From NCBI GenBank assembly GCA_016176605.1, contig JACOWW010000002.1, positions 41,432 to 105,431 of the forward strand: a stretch of 64,000 nt of DNA, read 5' to 3'. The stretch comes from Candidatus Saccharimonadota bacterium. Its GTDB lineage: Bacteria; Patescibacteriota; Saccharimonadia; Saccharimonadales; UBA10212. Shown piece after piece: positions 28,018-37,353 of this stretch. Position 1 is the stretch's first letter; each line of letters opens with the position of its first letter. The position numbers were made by a program, and so were the translations under genes. Below the pieces are notes generated by a model. It saw only the letters and a list, made by a program, of their open reading frames with translations, had not been told where the DNA came from and ran no database searches.

Positions 28018-28350
28018 ATGGCAACGTACGAAGATTTTGAAAAACTAGACATTAGGGTCGGTAAGATTGTAGGAGTAGAAAATTTTCCTCAGGCGCGCAA
28101 GCCCACTTTTAAGCTAACGGTTGATTTTGGTCCTGAAATTGGAACCAAAAAATCATGCGCCCAATTGCCGCAAAACTATTCCGAAGCCGAACTTAAGAAC
28201 AAATTAGTTCTTGGTGTGGTTAATTTTCCGGCTCGGCAAATTGGGCCGGCCGTATCTGAAGTTTTGACGTTAGGCGTGCCGGACCAAGAAGGTAACTGCA
28301 TTTTAGTCACACCTGACAAAGATGTGCCCATTGGCGGCAAACTGTACTAG
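28018..28350 (+). CDS. csaA: tRNA-binding protein (CsaA/Trbp111)
   Basis: DFEKLDIRVGKI, VVNFPARQIG, SEVLTLG. Confidence 0.9.
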   Translation: MATYEDFEKLDIRVGKIVGVENFPQARKPTFKLTVDFGPEIGTKKSCAQLPQNYSEAELKNKLVLGVVNFPARQIGPAVSEVLTLGVPDQEGNCILVTPDKDVPIGGKLY

Positions 28351-28365
28351 AATGTAAGTTAAGCG

Positions 28366-29616
28366 ATGCGTAGATCACAAATATTTCTGAAAACCCGTAA
28401 AGAGGCGCCGGCTGATGAGAAGGCTAGTAACGCCCAACTGCTTATTCGGGCCGGCTACATTCATAAAGACGCCGCTGGCGTTTATGCCTTGCTGCCTTTG
28501 GGGCTGAAAGTCGTTGAGAACATTAAGCAAGTAGTGCGCGAGGAGATGAACGCTATCGGCGGTGAAGAGTTGTTAATGACTACCCTGCAGCGAAAGGAAC
28601 TTTGGTCTAAGACTGAGCGTTGGGACGATAAGGCCGTTGATATCTGGTTTAAAACCAAACTTAAAAACAATTCGGAAGTTGGACTAGCTTGGTCGCACGA
28701 AGAGCCAATCTCTGAAATGATGAGCGCATTCATTGCCAGTTACCGCGATTTGCCGGCTTATGTTTATCAGTTCCAGACCAAACTACGCAACGAACCTCGG
28801 GCCAAAAGCGGAATTTTAAGATCCCGCGAGTTTATCATGAAAGACCTTTACTCTTTCAGTCGCGATGCCAAAGAGCACGAAGCCTATTACCAAAGAGTAA
28901 TCGCTGCCTACCACAAAATTTTTAAGCGGCTTGGGCTGGATGATATTACATATCTAACATTTGCCTCAGGCGAACCATTTACTCAATTTAGCCACGAGTT
29001 TCAAACAATCTTGCCAGCAGGTGAGGATGTAATTTATCTAGATAAGGTTAAAAAAACGGCTATCAACGAAGAAGTAATGAGCGACGAAGTTATAAAACAG
29101 CTGGGTCTTGATAAAAATAAACTGGCGAAAACTACTGCTGCAGAGGTTGGTAATATCTTTAACTTCGGCACCGCTAAAAGCCAAAAACTGGGCTTAACCT
29201 ACACAGATGAGCGCGGAGCAGAAAAAGCAGTGGCATTAGGCTCTTATGGTATCGGCATAACGCGTTTGATGGGGGTTATGGCTGAACATTTCGCTGATGA
29301 TAAAGGCTTGGTTTGGCCGGCGCTTGTAGCACCATTTGATGTTTATTTAGCCCGTTTGTCGGACAAAAAAACAGTGGTAGAAGCGGCCGATAAAGCCTAT
29401 AGCCTATTGACAGATTCTGGAGTTTCGGTACTATATGATGACCGTAGTGCGCGACCCGGCGAAATGTTCGCCGACGCCGATTTGATCGGGCTGCCCCAAA
29501 GGGTAGTGGTGAGTGAACAAACAATCAAAAAAGACTCGTTCGAGCTAAAGTCCCGCCAGGATCCAAAAGTGCACCTGTTTAAACTTGACGAACTGGCCGG
29601 AGCTTTACACGCTTGA
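28366..29616 (+). CDS. proS: proline--tRNA ligase (short, no editing domain)
   Basis: LLIRAGYI, QTKLRNEPR, REFIMKDLYSF, GSYGIGITR. Confidence 0.96.
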   Translation: MRRSQIFLKTRKEAPADEKASNAQLLIRAGYIHKDAAGVYALLPLGLKVVENIKQVVREEMNAIGGEELLMTTLQRKELWSKTERWDDKAVDIWFKTKLKNNSEVGLAWSHEEPISEMMSAFIASYRDLPAYVYQFQTKLRNEPRAKSGILRSREFIMKDLYSFSRDAKEHEAYYQRVIAAYHKIFKRLGLDDITYLTFASGEPFTQFSHEFQTILPAGEDVIYLDKVKKTAINEEVMSDEVIKQLGLDKNKLAKTTAAEVGNIFNFGTAKSQKLGLTYTDERGAEKAVALGSYGIGITRLMGVMAEHFADDKGLVWPALVAPFDVYLARLSDKKTVVEAADKAYSLLTDSGVSVLYDDRSARPGEMFADADLIGLPQRVVVSEQTIKKDSFELKSRQDPKVHLFKLDELAGALHA

Positions 29617-29684
29617 TATAATTAAGGCCCAGCCACAATTAGGAGACGTGACTCTTTGAAAGAAAGGTCTGTATTTAGACTCTC

Positions 29685-30146
29685 ATGAAGAAACTATTCA
29701 ATTTAACCCAAAACGGGCTAGACGAGCTAAAAAAGGAGCTCAAACACCTGCTGGATCAGCGCCACGGGATTGCTGATCGGATTAAACAAGCCCGCGAGCT
29801 GGGGGATCTATCCGAAAATGCCGAATACCAGACGGCCCGCGAAGAACAGGATAGATTAGAGACGCGCATAGGCGAGCTGGAACATGTGGTGTTTAATAGT
29901 AAACTAATCAAAAAACCCAAAAGTAATGGTCGTGTAAAGTTAGGCTCCACTGTTAAGTTAAGAAGCGCTGATGGCAAATCTAAAGAATTTCAAGTAGTCG
30001 GCACTATGGAAGCCGACCCGCTCAGCGGCAAAATCAGCGACGAATCACCAATTGGCAAAGTCCTAATCGACAATAAAGTCGGCGACAAGGTAGTAATAAA
30101 GCTCCCAAACGAAAATTCCACCTACAAAATCACCTCCATCTCCTAG
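29685..30146 (+). CDS. greA: transcription elongation factor GreA
   Basis: GDLSENAEY, ISDESPIG. Confidence 0.96.
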   Translation: MKKLFNLTQNGLDELKKELKHLLDQRHGIADRIKQARELGDLSENAEYQTAREEQDRLETRIGELEHVVFNSKLIKKPKSNGRVKLGSTVKLRSADGKSKEFQVVGTMEADPLSGKISDESPIGKVLIDNKVGDKVVIKLPNENSTYKITSIS

Positions 30147-30149
30147 AGA

Positions 30150-30243
30150 AGCAACTAGAAACTAGGAATTAGTAACTAGGTACGAAAAATCATCGTGATA
30201 TTTTTATACTAGTTTCTATTTACTAATTACTATTTACTAGTAG
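30150..30243. repeat. 7-bp periodic inverted-arm spacer (TAG-rich)
   Basis: AACTAGN units followed by CTAGTTT/CTATTTA/CTAATTA units. Confidence 0.75.
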
Positions 30244-30244
30244 T

Positions 30245-31759
30245 ATGAAGTGGCTGAATAAAATCGCCGATGAGGTAATTACCAGGCACCCTAAAGGTGA
30301 AATATTAGTTTCTTCCGGCGCATCACCGTCAGGCAGCTATCATATTGGCCACCTGCGCGAAATTATCATCTGTGACGCCATAAAAAGGGAACTTCAAAAT
30401 AGGGACAGACAGGCTAAACACCTGCACTATGTCGATGATCTCGACGGCCTGCGAAAAACTCCTGTGGACATTCCGGCTGAGCATGAAAAATATCTCGGAC
30501 AATCTCTTTGTGATATACCGGCTCCAGGCGGCAAAGGTTCATATGCCGACTATTTTTTTGACAGCTTTTTGCGTAGCGCCAAAGCCCTCGGCGTCGATAT
30601 GGAAGTCATCCGCAGCCACGAAAAATACCGCGCCGGTTTTTTTACTGATGCCATTGAAAAGTCACTGGCCAAAGCTCTCGAAGCCAAAAAAATACTAGAA
30701 ACGGTTTCGGGGCGGAAACTAGGCAAAGAATGGTCGCCGATCCAGGTAAATGAAGGCGGCTATTTAAAAAAAAGAGCTTTCCAGTCAATCGACACAAACG
30801 CCAAAACCATAACTTATTTTGATAAAGATGGCGCGAAAAAAACGACTAGCTATCAAAAGGGCGAAGTCAAACTCGATTGGCGAATTGACTGGCCGGCGCG
30901 CTGGTGGTTACTGGGCGTTGATGTGGAGCCTTTTGGCCGCGACCATGCTTCGGCCGGCGGCAGTTACGACACTGGCGAAGCGCTAGTTAGAGAAATTTTC
31001 GGTGGCCAGGCTCCGCTGCCGGTACCCTATGATTTTGTAAACCGGGCCGGCGACACTAAAAAAATGAGCGCCAGTCAAGGTACCGGCCTAAGCGCAGCTG
31101 AGGTTGTCGATGTCTTACCGCCCGAAATAGTTCGTTTCTTTATGTTGCGCTTTCCGCCGGAGAAACGTTTATATTTTGACAGCGAAAAAGGCGTAGCCCA
31201 ATTGATTGATGATTTTGCCGAACTGATGCAAAAAGAACCCGATTCAAAAGTTATCAGTCTTTCCCAAGCCGGATCTGCGCCAGTGATAAGCAGCGTGCCT
31301 TTTTCGCACCTGGTTGGCAGTTATCAAGCATCCTTGCGCGATAGCGAAAAAACGATTGAAGTGATTAAGCGTACAGAACATGCCGATGTGGCCGGCGCCC
31401 AAGCAGGCATTATTAAAAAAGAACTGGCTTATATTGATAACTGGCTGGATAAGTGGGCGCCGGAAGATATTAAATTTGAACTAAGAAAAAAAATTAATAA
31501 AGATGATTTTTCGGCAAAGCAACAAAAGTTTCTAAAAGCATTAGCAGAGAAAATAGCTGCCGTGCCAGCTAATGCCGATGGCGATTGGTTTCACAAAACC
31601 ATTTACGACCTTAAAGACACTGTCGGTATGGAGCCTAAAGCCATGTTCGAAACGCTTTATAGAGCCCTCATTGGTAAAACTAGCGGCCCGCGGGCTGGCT
31701 GGTTTCTCTCCATCTTACCCCGCGACTGGCTTATGAAAAGATTAAAATTAGAAGGTTGA
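30245..31759 (+). CDS. lysS: lysine--tRNA ligase, class I
   Basis: GASPSG..HIGH, WRIDWPARW, EPFGRDH, KMSAS. Confidence 0.95.
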   Translation: MKWLNKIADEVITRHPKGEILVSSGASPSGSYHIGHLREIIICDAIKRELQNRDRQAKHLHYVDDLDGLRKTPVDIPAEHEKYLGQSLCDIPAPGGKGSYADYFFDSFLRSAKALGVDMEVIRSHEKYRAGFFTDAIEKSLAKALEAKKILETVSGRKLGKEWSPIQVNEGGYLKKRAFQSIDTNAKTITYFDKDGAKKTTSYQKGEVKLDWRIDWPARWWLLGVDVEPFGRDHASAGGSYDTGEALVREIFGGQAPLPVPYDFVNRAGDTKKMSASQGTGLSAAEVVDVLPPEIVRFFMLRFPPEKRLYFDSEKGVAQLIDDFAELMQKEPDSKVISLSQAGSAPVISSVPFSHLVGSYQASLRDSEKTIEVIKRTEHADVAGAQAGIIKKELAYIDNWLDKWAPEDIKFELRKKINKDDFSAKQQKFLKALAEKIAAVPANADGDWFHKTIYDLKDTVGMEPKAMFETLYRALIGKTSGPRAGWFLSILPRDWLMKRLKLEG

Positions 31760-31791
31760 CCAGCGTTGATAGGTTTGCTATAAATAAACGC

Positions 31792-31895
31792 ATGGTTCGC
31801 ATAGCTATCACGATTAAGACAACAACAATCGCGCATTGGTCGTGACAGGCTTTTAATTAGAAAATAACCGCCCGGTCACGACCGGGCGGTTTTAA
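31792..31895 (+). promoter_or_regulatory. Thr/Ile-rich leader peptide (MVRIAITIKTTTIAHWS, 31792-31845) with attenuator
   Basis: TTGACC-17-TATAAA promoter; GGTCGTGAC can pair with GTCACGACC, competing with terminator CCGCCCGGTC..GACCGGGCGG-TTTT. Confidence 0.7.
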
Positions 31896-31912
31896 TAACT
31901 TGGGAGAAAATT

Positions 31913-32125
31913 ATGTCCAACGAAGCAGCTGTAGAAAAGTCAGAGCAACCAGATCCAGAAATACCAGTAAGTGGCGTACCTTCTTTTTCTTGGGAGCATC
32001 CTAGATCGCTAGATAAACCTGCGCCCGAGAAAAAAATGACGACTTTGGAAGTCTTGGGTCTGCGTACGCTCGCAGACTTTATAAAGGTCGCTAGACAAGG
32101 TGACGATGAAGCCAGCTATCGATGA
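31913..32125 (+). CDS. hypothetical protein
   Basis: 70 aa, GGGAG SD. Confidence 0.55.
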   Translation: MSNEAAVEKSEQPDPEIPVSGVPSFSWEHPRSLDKPAPEKKMTTLEVLGLRTLADFIKVARQGDDEASYR

Positions 32126-32207
32126 AATCCTCAGGCTATCTTTATTAAAAGCAGTACTTTTATTGCTGGGCTTGGCTTGTACCAAAAAACCGTAGACAAT
32201 GTAAACA

Positions 32208-33392
32208 ATGTCTAGCGCTATCTTTTTAGATCAACAAAGAGCTAAAACTCTGATTGCTAAACACGGCTCGCCGCTATATGTTTATGACCTAAATGCTTTA
32301 GAGAACAGGGCAAAAGAGCTGTTGAGATATTGTCAGTCCTTAAGCTGCACGCCGCGTTACGCCATAAAGGCCAATCCACATCGAGATATTATTAAATTAT
32401 TTAGCAGACTTGACCTGCACTTTGATGCCAGCTCAGATTACGAAGCTGATGAAGCTATCGCCGCGGGAGTACATCCTGCAAAAATCAGTCTCAGCTCACA
32501 ACAGCCTCCGCGTGACATGAAAAAAACACTGCAAAGCGGCATTAAATTCGTGGCGACCTCATTTCATCAACTGGGAATAGTTGAGCAAACGGGCTGGAAA
32601 GACAACATTGCCGTTAGATTAAACCCTGGTCTTGGGACAGGCCACAATCGTCGGACAACTACCGGCGGGATAACTTCTAGCTTTGGTATCTGGCACGAAT
32701 ACATACCAGAGGTTTTGGACTGGCAATCTAAATCCGGAATTAATATTAATCGGGTCCATATCCACATTGGCTCTGGTGGTGACAGCAAAATCTGGCGTAC
32801 GGCAATCAGGCTGTCGCTAGAATTAATACAACAACTACCATCCGTCGAAATATTGAATATGGGCGGCGGCTACAAAATTGCACGCCTAGAAGACGAGAAA
32901 TCAGCCGATATTGGCAGAATAATAATAATTTTTGGGTCTGAAATTAAAAATTTCGCTACGCGGACAGGTCGTAAACTGCGGCTGGAAATCGAACCAGGCA
33001 CTTGGCTGGTGGGCAATGCCGGCCTGCTGCTGAGCCGGATAGTCGACATAGTTGATACCGGCAAAAATGGTTTTAATTTTATTAAGCTGGACAGCGGTAT
33101 GAATGATCTGCTGCGGCCGGCGATGTATGGCGCCCAGCACGAGGTCAAAATATTAAACGATTCCATAAAAACAGCGGATTACGTTGTGGTCGGCCATAAC
33201 TGCGAAACAGGCGATATATTTACGCCCGCGCCGGGCGACCCTGAAGCAATTAAGCCCCGCAAACTTAATCGGGCAAGCATCGGCGATTTAGTGGTTGTCG
33301 GCGGCGCCGGTGCATACGGCGCCAGTATGCGGGCCGTCGGCTACAACAGTTTTCCCTCAGCCGCCGAAATTTTTATCAATGGATCCCGTTAG
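32208..33392 (+). CDS. lysA: diaminopimelate decarboxylase
   Basis: YAIKAN (PLP Lys), HIHIGSG, EPG, CETGD, GAYG. Confidence 0.9.
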   Translation: MSSAIFLDQQRAKTLIAKHGSPLYVYDLNALENRAKELLRYCQSLSCTPRYAIKANPHRDIIKLFSRLDLHFDASSDYEADEAIAAGVHPAKISLSSQQPPRDMKKTLQSGIKFVATSFHQLGIVEQTGWKDNIAVRLNPGLGTGHNRRTTTGGITSSFGIWHEYIPEVLDWQSKSGININRVHIHIGSGGDSKIWRTAIRLSLELIQQLPSVEILNMGGGYKIARLEDEKSADIGRIIIIFGSEIKNFATRTGRKLRLEIEPGTWLVGNAGLLLSRIVDIVDTGKNGFNFIKLDSGMNDLLRPAMYGAQHEVKILNDSIKTADYVVVGHNCETGDIFTPAPGDPEAIKPRKLNRASIGDLVVVGGAGAYGASMRAVGYNSFPSAAEIFINGSR

Positions 33393-33488
33393 AACTCACT
33401 TAACTTCCGCAATTTGGTTAACGTCTGGATCTCGGTGCTTACTTCGAAACGCGCGACTAATTTTGGAGGCTCTATGAGTTCTAACGGG
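33384..33488 (+). mobile_element. 105-bp MITE-like element at the MPG start codon
   Basis: Same termini and first 26 nt as the rpmE copy; flanked by duplicated ATGGA. Confidence 0.8.
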
Positions 33489-34106
33489 ATGGATAAACAG
33501 TTGCGGGCAATTTTACAAAAAAACTCGCTGCAGGCGGCCCCGCTGCTATTGGGGTGGACATTAGTTCGCCAAACTCAGGCAGGAACAATAAAATTACGCA
33601 TTGTTGAAACGGAGGCCTATCATCAAGATGACCCGGCCAGCCACAGTTTCCGCGGCCCAACAATCCGTACGGCGCCGATGTTTCAAGCCGGCGGCCGGCT
33701 GTATATTTATTTCACTTACGGCAGGCATTTTTGCCTGAATATTGTAACTGGCGCACGGGGCAGGGGTGAGGCTGTTTTGATCCGAGTCGCTGAGCCAATC
33801 GAAGGAATTGAAATCATAATAAAGAACCGTTTTGGAAATGTGAAAGGTCCGTCCTTTCACAACTTGGCGAATGGGCCTGGAAAGTTAACACAAGCGCTGG
33901 GCATAAAAGACACCAGCCTGTCGGGGAAAAAGCTTGACTTGTCAAGTATTTTCCTCGAGCCGCCACAAAAACCGGTCAAAGCCCAAGAGATTGTCGCCAG
34001 CTCCCGGATTGGCATTCGCCAAGCTACCGAAATGCCCTGGCGCTTTTATATAAAAAACAACCCTTGTGTTTCAAAACATCCCAAAGCCCGTCACTTAGGA
34101 TTATAA
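33489..34106 (+). CDS. DNA-3-methyladenine glycosylase (MPG/AAG family)
   Basis: IVETEAY, YIYFTYG, NGPGKL, RIGI; alternative in-frame ATG at 33474. Confidence 0.93.
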   Translation: MDKQLRAILQKNSLQAAPLLLGWTLVRQTQAGTIKLRIVETEAYHQDDPASHSFRGPTIRTAPMFQAGGRLYIYFTYGRHFCLNIVTGARGRGEAVLIRVAEPIEGIEIIIKNRFGNVKGPSFHNLANGPGKLTQALGIKDTSLSGKKLDLSSIFLEPPQKPVKAQEIVASSRIGIRQATEMPWRFYIKNNPCVSKHPKARHLGL

Positions 34107-34115
34107 TTAGGCCCA

Positions 34116-35024
34116 ATGATAGACAGCGCGCCGGCGATAGCTACCTTCGGCCTGGGCAAACGCTACCCGAGCAGCGATAGATATGCTGTTAAAGACCTAA
34201 ACCTTAACATTCTGCCCGGCGAAATTTACGGCTTTTTGGGCCCTAACGGTGCCGGAAAATCAACGACCATCCGCCTGCTGATGAATTTTATCCAGCCAAC
34301 CGAGGGACACGCGCTGGTCAGTAACCTCAATGTTGTCAGCCAGTCGCCGGCAGTTAAAAAAGCCGTTGGTTATCTGGCTGGCGAAGTCGCGCTTTATAAC
34401 AAAATGACCGGCGCCCAATTTCTGGAGTATATGGCCGCCCTGCAGCCGCCAAAACACCGTCGCTATCAGCGCGACTTGGCGCGCCTATTCCGCCTTGACC
34501 TTAACATGAAAATCGGTCAGCTAAGCAGGGGCAACCGGCAAAAAATCGGTTTGATTCAGGCTTTAATGCACGAGCCTGAGGTTCTAATCCTGGACGAACC
34601 CACGGCCGGGCTCGACCCGTTGATGCAGGAAGTATTTTTCGAGATGGTGCGGGCTGGCAAAAAACAAGGTGCGACATTTTTTATCAGCAGTCACAATTTG
34701 AGCGAAGTGCAAAAAATGTGCGACAGGGTTGGTTTTATTCGCGATGGTAAACTGATAGCCGAGCAAACTATCGTTGAACTCGCCAGCCAAGCGCTGCAAA
34801 CCTATAATATTTCTTTTGCCGACGCTACCCCGCTGGCCGAGCTGCGCGCAATACCTACGGCACGTCTTAAAATTAACACGCCGCGTCATGTGACAGTCCG
34901 CATAAAGGGTGATTTAAAACCTTTGTTTTTGGTGTTGGCGCGCCACAAAGTGATCGGCTTGGGGCGCGAAGAGGCCAACCTGGAAGAAGAATTCTTGAGA
35001 TTTTACCGCGGAGGCAAAAGATGA
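34116..35024 (+). CDS. ABC transporter ATP-binding protein
   Basis: GPNGAGKST, LSRGN, ILDEPTAGLD. Confidence 0.93.
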   Translation: MIDSAPAIATFGLGKRYPSSDRYAVKDLNLNILPGEIYGFLGPNGAGKSTTIRLLMNFIQPTEGHALVSNLNVVSQSPAVKKAVGYLAGEVALYNKMTGAQFLEYMAALQPPKHRRYQRDLARLFRLDLNMKIGQLSRGNRQKIGLIQALMHEPEVLILDEPTAGLDPLMQEVFFEMVRAGKKQGATFFISSHNLSEVQKMCDRVGFIRDGKLIAEQTIVELASQALQTYNISFADATPLAELRAIPTARLKINTPRHVTVRIKGDLKPLFLVLARHKVIGLGREEANLEEEFLRFYRGGKR

Positions 35025-35821
35025 AGCATATTATTCGCTGGAACTTTTGGCAGCGCCGCTGGTCAGTTTTTTGGTGGTGTCTTGGTATTACAGCTTTTGT
35101 CAGCTTGGAACTAGGGGTGTATCCTTCCGTAAAAAGCCAAGCGGCGCAGCTAAACGAAGCGTTATCACACCTGCCGGAATCTGTTCGGGCCTTGATTGGT
35201 GGCAGCAGCGACCTTTTTTCACCGGTGGGCTATCTTAATTCGCGGCTGTTTTACTTACTATTGCCGCTGCTTTTGAGCATTTTAATAATTGGTCTCGGTA
35301 GTTCATTAATTGCTCGCGAAGAAACAGATGGAACCATTGAGCTGCTGCTAGGCCGTCCGGTTTCACGCGGCAAATTGCTGCTGGCTAAAGCTTTGGCGGG
35401 ACTTTTAGTCAGTGCGGTTGTCGTTTTGGTATCAGCGATTAGTATAACTGCACTTGTCAAATTGGTTGGTTTGGTTGTTCCTTTGCCGCGCATTTTATTC
35501 GCCGTTTTATTGGCCGCTTTACTGGCACTGTTTTTTGGCATGATAGCCTTTTGCCTGGCGGCGATGGGCGCCGCCGGCCGCGGTGCCAGTATTGGTGTGG
35601 CGAGCTTGGTTGGGCTCGGCAGTTACATCATTGCTTCGTTGGAAAGCGTCGTGGACTGGCTTAGCTGGCCGGCAAAAATCTTACCGTATCATTATTACAA
35701 CCCGACTGAGGTTTTAAATGGTTTTTACGCTTGGAAAGTAGCCTCGATCTTCACAATTGCCATCTTGATTTTGGGAGTAATTTCTTGGTTAAGTTTTAGA
35801 AGGCGCGACATAAATGTCTAA
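35021..35821 (+). CDS. ABC-2 type permease
   Basis: EETDGTIELLL motif, about 6 TM helices, FRRRDI end. Confidence 0.9.
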   Translation: MKHIIRWNFWQRRWSVFWWCLGITAFVSLELGVYPSVKSQAAQLNEALSHLPESVRALIGGSSDLFSPVGYLNSRLFYLLLPLLLSILIIGLGSSLIAREETDGTIELLLGRPVSRGKLLLAKALAGLLVSAVVVLVSAISITALVKLVGLVVPLPRILFAVLLAALLALFFGMIAFCLAAMGAAGRGASIGVASLVGLGSYIIASLESVVDWLSWPAKILPYHYYNPTEVLNGFYAWKVASIFTIAILILGVISWLSFRRRDINV

Positions 35822-36263
35822 CAATAAAAAGACGATCGTAATCTGTTCCAGCGCTAATTTTTATAAACACGCACTTGAAGTCTCAGAACAACTTAAGGAG
35901 ATGGGCTATAAAACGCTCGTCCCAATAACTATTAAAAAGATGAAACGTTCCGGAAATTTTAATGCTTCGGATTATCGAATTTGGTTCAAAAACCCAGATG
36001 CCTTTAAGCGAAAAACCTATTTAATGCGCAACCATTTTAATAAAATCGCTAAAAGCGATGCGGTCTTAGTCGTTAACGATGAAAAGCGAGGCATAAAAGG
36101 CTACATCGGAGCCAATGTTCTAATGGAAATGGGACTGGCGCTTCATTTAGGCAAGTTAATTTACATCTTTAACGGCGTTCCTGCGGACAGCCCGATATAC
36201 GAAGAAGTACGAGCCATGCAATCCAAGATTATTAACGGGGATTTAAGCAAAATAAAACTCTAA
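35814..36263 (+). CDS. nucleoside 2-deoxyribosyltransferase-like hypothetical protein
   Basis: IVICSS..F, SDAVLVVN, YIGANVLMEMGLA pattern. Confidence 0.6.
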   Translation: MSNNKKTIVICSSANFYKHALEVSEQLKEMGYKTLVPITIKKMKRSGNFNASDYRIWFKNPDAFKRKTYLMRNHFNKIAKSDAVLVVNDEKRGIKGYIGANVLMEMGLALHLGKLIYIFNGVPADSPIYEEVRAMQSKIINGDLSKIKL

Positions 36264-36274
36264 GTAACCGATCA

Positions 36275-36306
36275 TTATTCCAATATTCTGCAGAATATTG
36301 GAATAA
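36275..36306. promoter_or_regulatory. perfect 32-bp palindrome, candidate operator
   Basis: TTATTCCAATATTCTG|CAGAATATTGGAATAA; 22 bp of it recur at 36574-36595. Confidence 0.7.
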
Positions 36307-36325
36307 ATATGCTATGGTTTGATGG

Positions 36326-36595
36326 ATGATGAATGCTAAGTACCTGGAAAAAATAGTTAAGGGTTTTGCTAATCACCACCGCATAAGGATTCTTGAATTG
36401 GTAGCTAAGGAGCCCAACCTGACACTTCTTGATATTACCGATAAGCTTAAAATTAACTTTAGAACTGCTAGCGAACATACTAGAAAATTAGTGGGAGCAG
36501 GGCTCTTGTTGAAAAAATATAAAGGTACGTCAGTTGAGCATAGGATTACTGACAGAGGCAAACTAATTCTCAAATTCTGCAGAATATTGGAATAA
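36326..36595 (+). CDS. ArsR-family winged-helix regulator
   Basis: KGFANHHRIRIL..TASEHTRKLVGAGLL. Confidence 0.85.
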   Translation: MMNAKYLEKIVKGFANHHRIRILELVAKEPNLTLLDITDKLKINFRTASEHTRKLVGAGLLLKKYKGTSVEHRITDRGKLILKFCRILE

Positions 36596-36609
36596 GGACG
36601 GAGTTTATT

Positions 36610-36771
36610 ATGGGGGAGATTGCTATTTTGGCGGCGGGGTGTTTCTGGGGCGATCGGCGGCTTCGCCTTATGAGACAAACTACGTTTTTCTCATCGCGCC
36701 GGGCACGAAATGAATTCGGTGCTCGGGCTGCTCTTTTCCTAGTTTGTAGTAAACTGGACATCGGTGTATGA
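36610..36771 (+). pseudogene. truncated alternative msrA 5' end fused to a family B element
   Basis: MGEIAILAAGCFWG, then read-through of the element; TGA overlaps the msrA ATG. Confidence 0.75.
36657..36735 (+). repeat. family B structured element (short form)
   Basis: GCGGCTTCGCCTTAT..TTTCTCATCGCGCCGGGC..GCTCGGGYTGCTCTT, also at 39449-39529. Confidence 0.85.
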
Positions 36772-37283
36772 AAGATATAGCTATATTCGCAGCTGGGTGT
36801 TTCTGGGGAGTCCAGTATTATTTCGACCAAGTGCCGGGCGTGCTGGAGACAGAAACGGGCTATACGGGTGGTAATGTCGAAAATCCAACCTACGAACAAG
36901 TTTGCGGACATAAAACGGGACATGCTGAGGCCGTCAGAATTGTTTTCGACCCAAGGAAAGTCAGTTACGAAAAGTTGCTGAGGCATTTTTTTCGGATGCA
37001 CGACCCGACTCAGCTAAATAGGCAAGGTCCGGATATTGGCGACCAGTACCGCTCGGCTATTTTTTACACTGACGAAGCACAAAAAAAGACTGCCCAAATA
37101 ATAATTAACGAGTTGAACGAGCAGAAATTTAAGAACAAAATAGTTACGACGCTAGAACCCGCCTTCGCTGAAGCTTCGGTGGACAGGCCGGCCGGTAGGT
37201 GGTGGCCGGCCGAAGAGTACCACCAAAAATATACCCAAAAGACAGGTATGGGTGCCTGTCACACTCCGTACCAACCAATCTAG
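36768..37283 (+). CDS. msrA: peptide methionine sulfoxide reductase A
   Basis: AAGCFWG, GHAEAV, QGPDIGDQYRS, AEEYHQKY; 30-bp palindromic in-frame insert at 37158-37187. Confidence 0.96.
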   Translation: MKDIAIFAAGCFWGVQYYFDQVPGVLETETGYTGGNVENPTYEQVCGHKTGHAEAVRIVFDPRKVSYEKLLRHFFRMHDPTQLNRQGPDIGDQYRSAIFYTDEAQKKTAQIIINELNEQKFKNKIVTTLEPAFAEASVDRPAGRWWPAEEYHQKYTQKTGMGACHTPYQPI

Positions 37284-37353
37284 TCGGCTTGCCCAGCTCT
37301 AATTCCTGAAGCGCACATGTCGGGGGAATATCCCTATTTGGCGCATCAAGATA

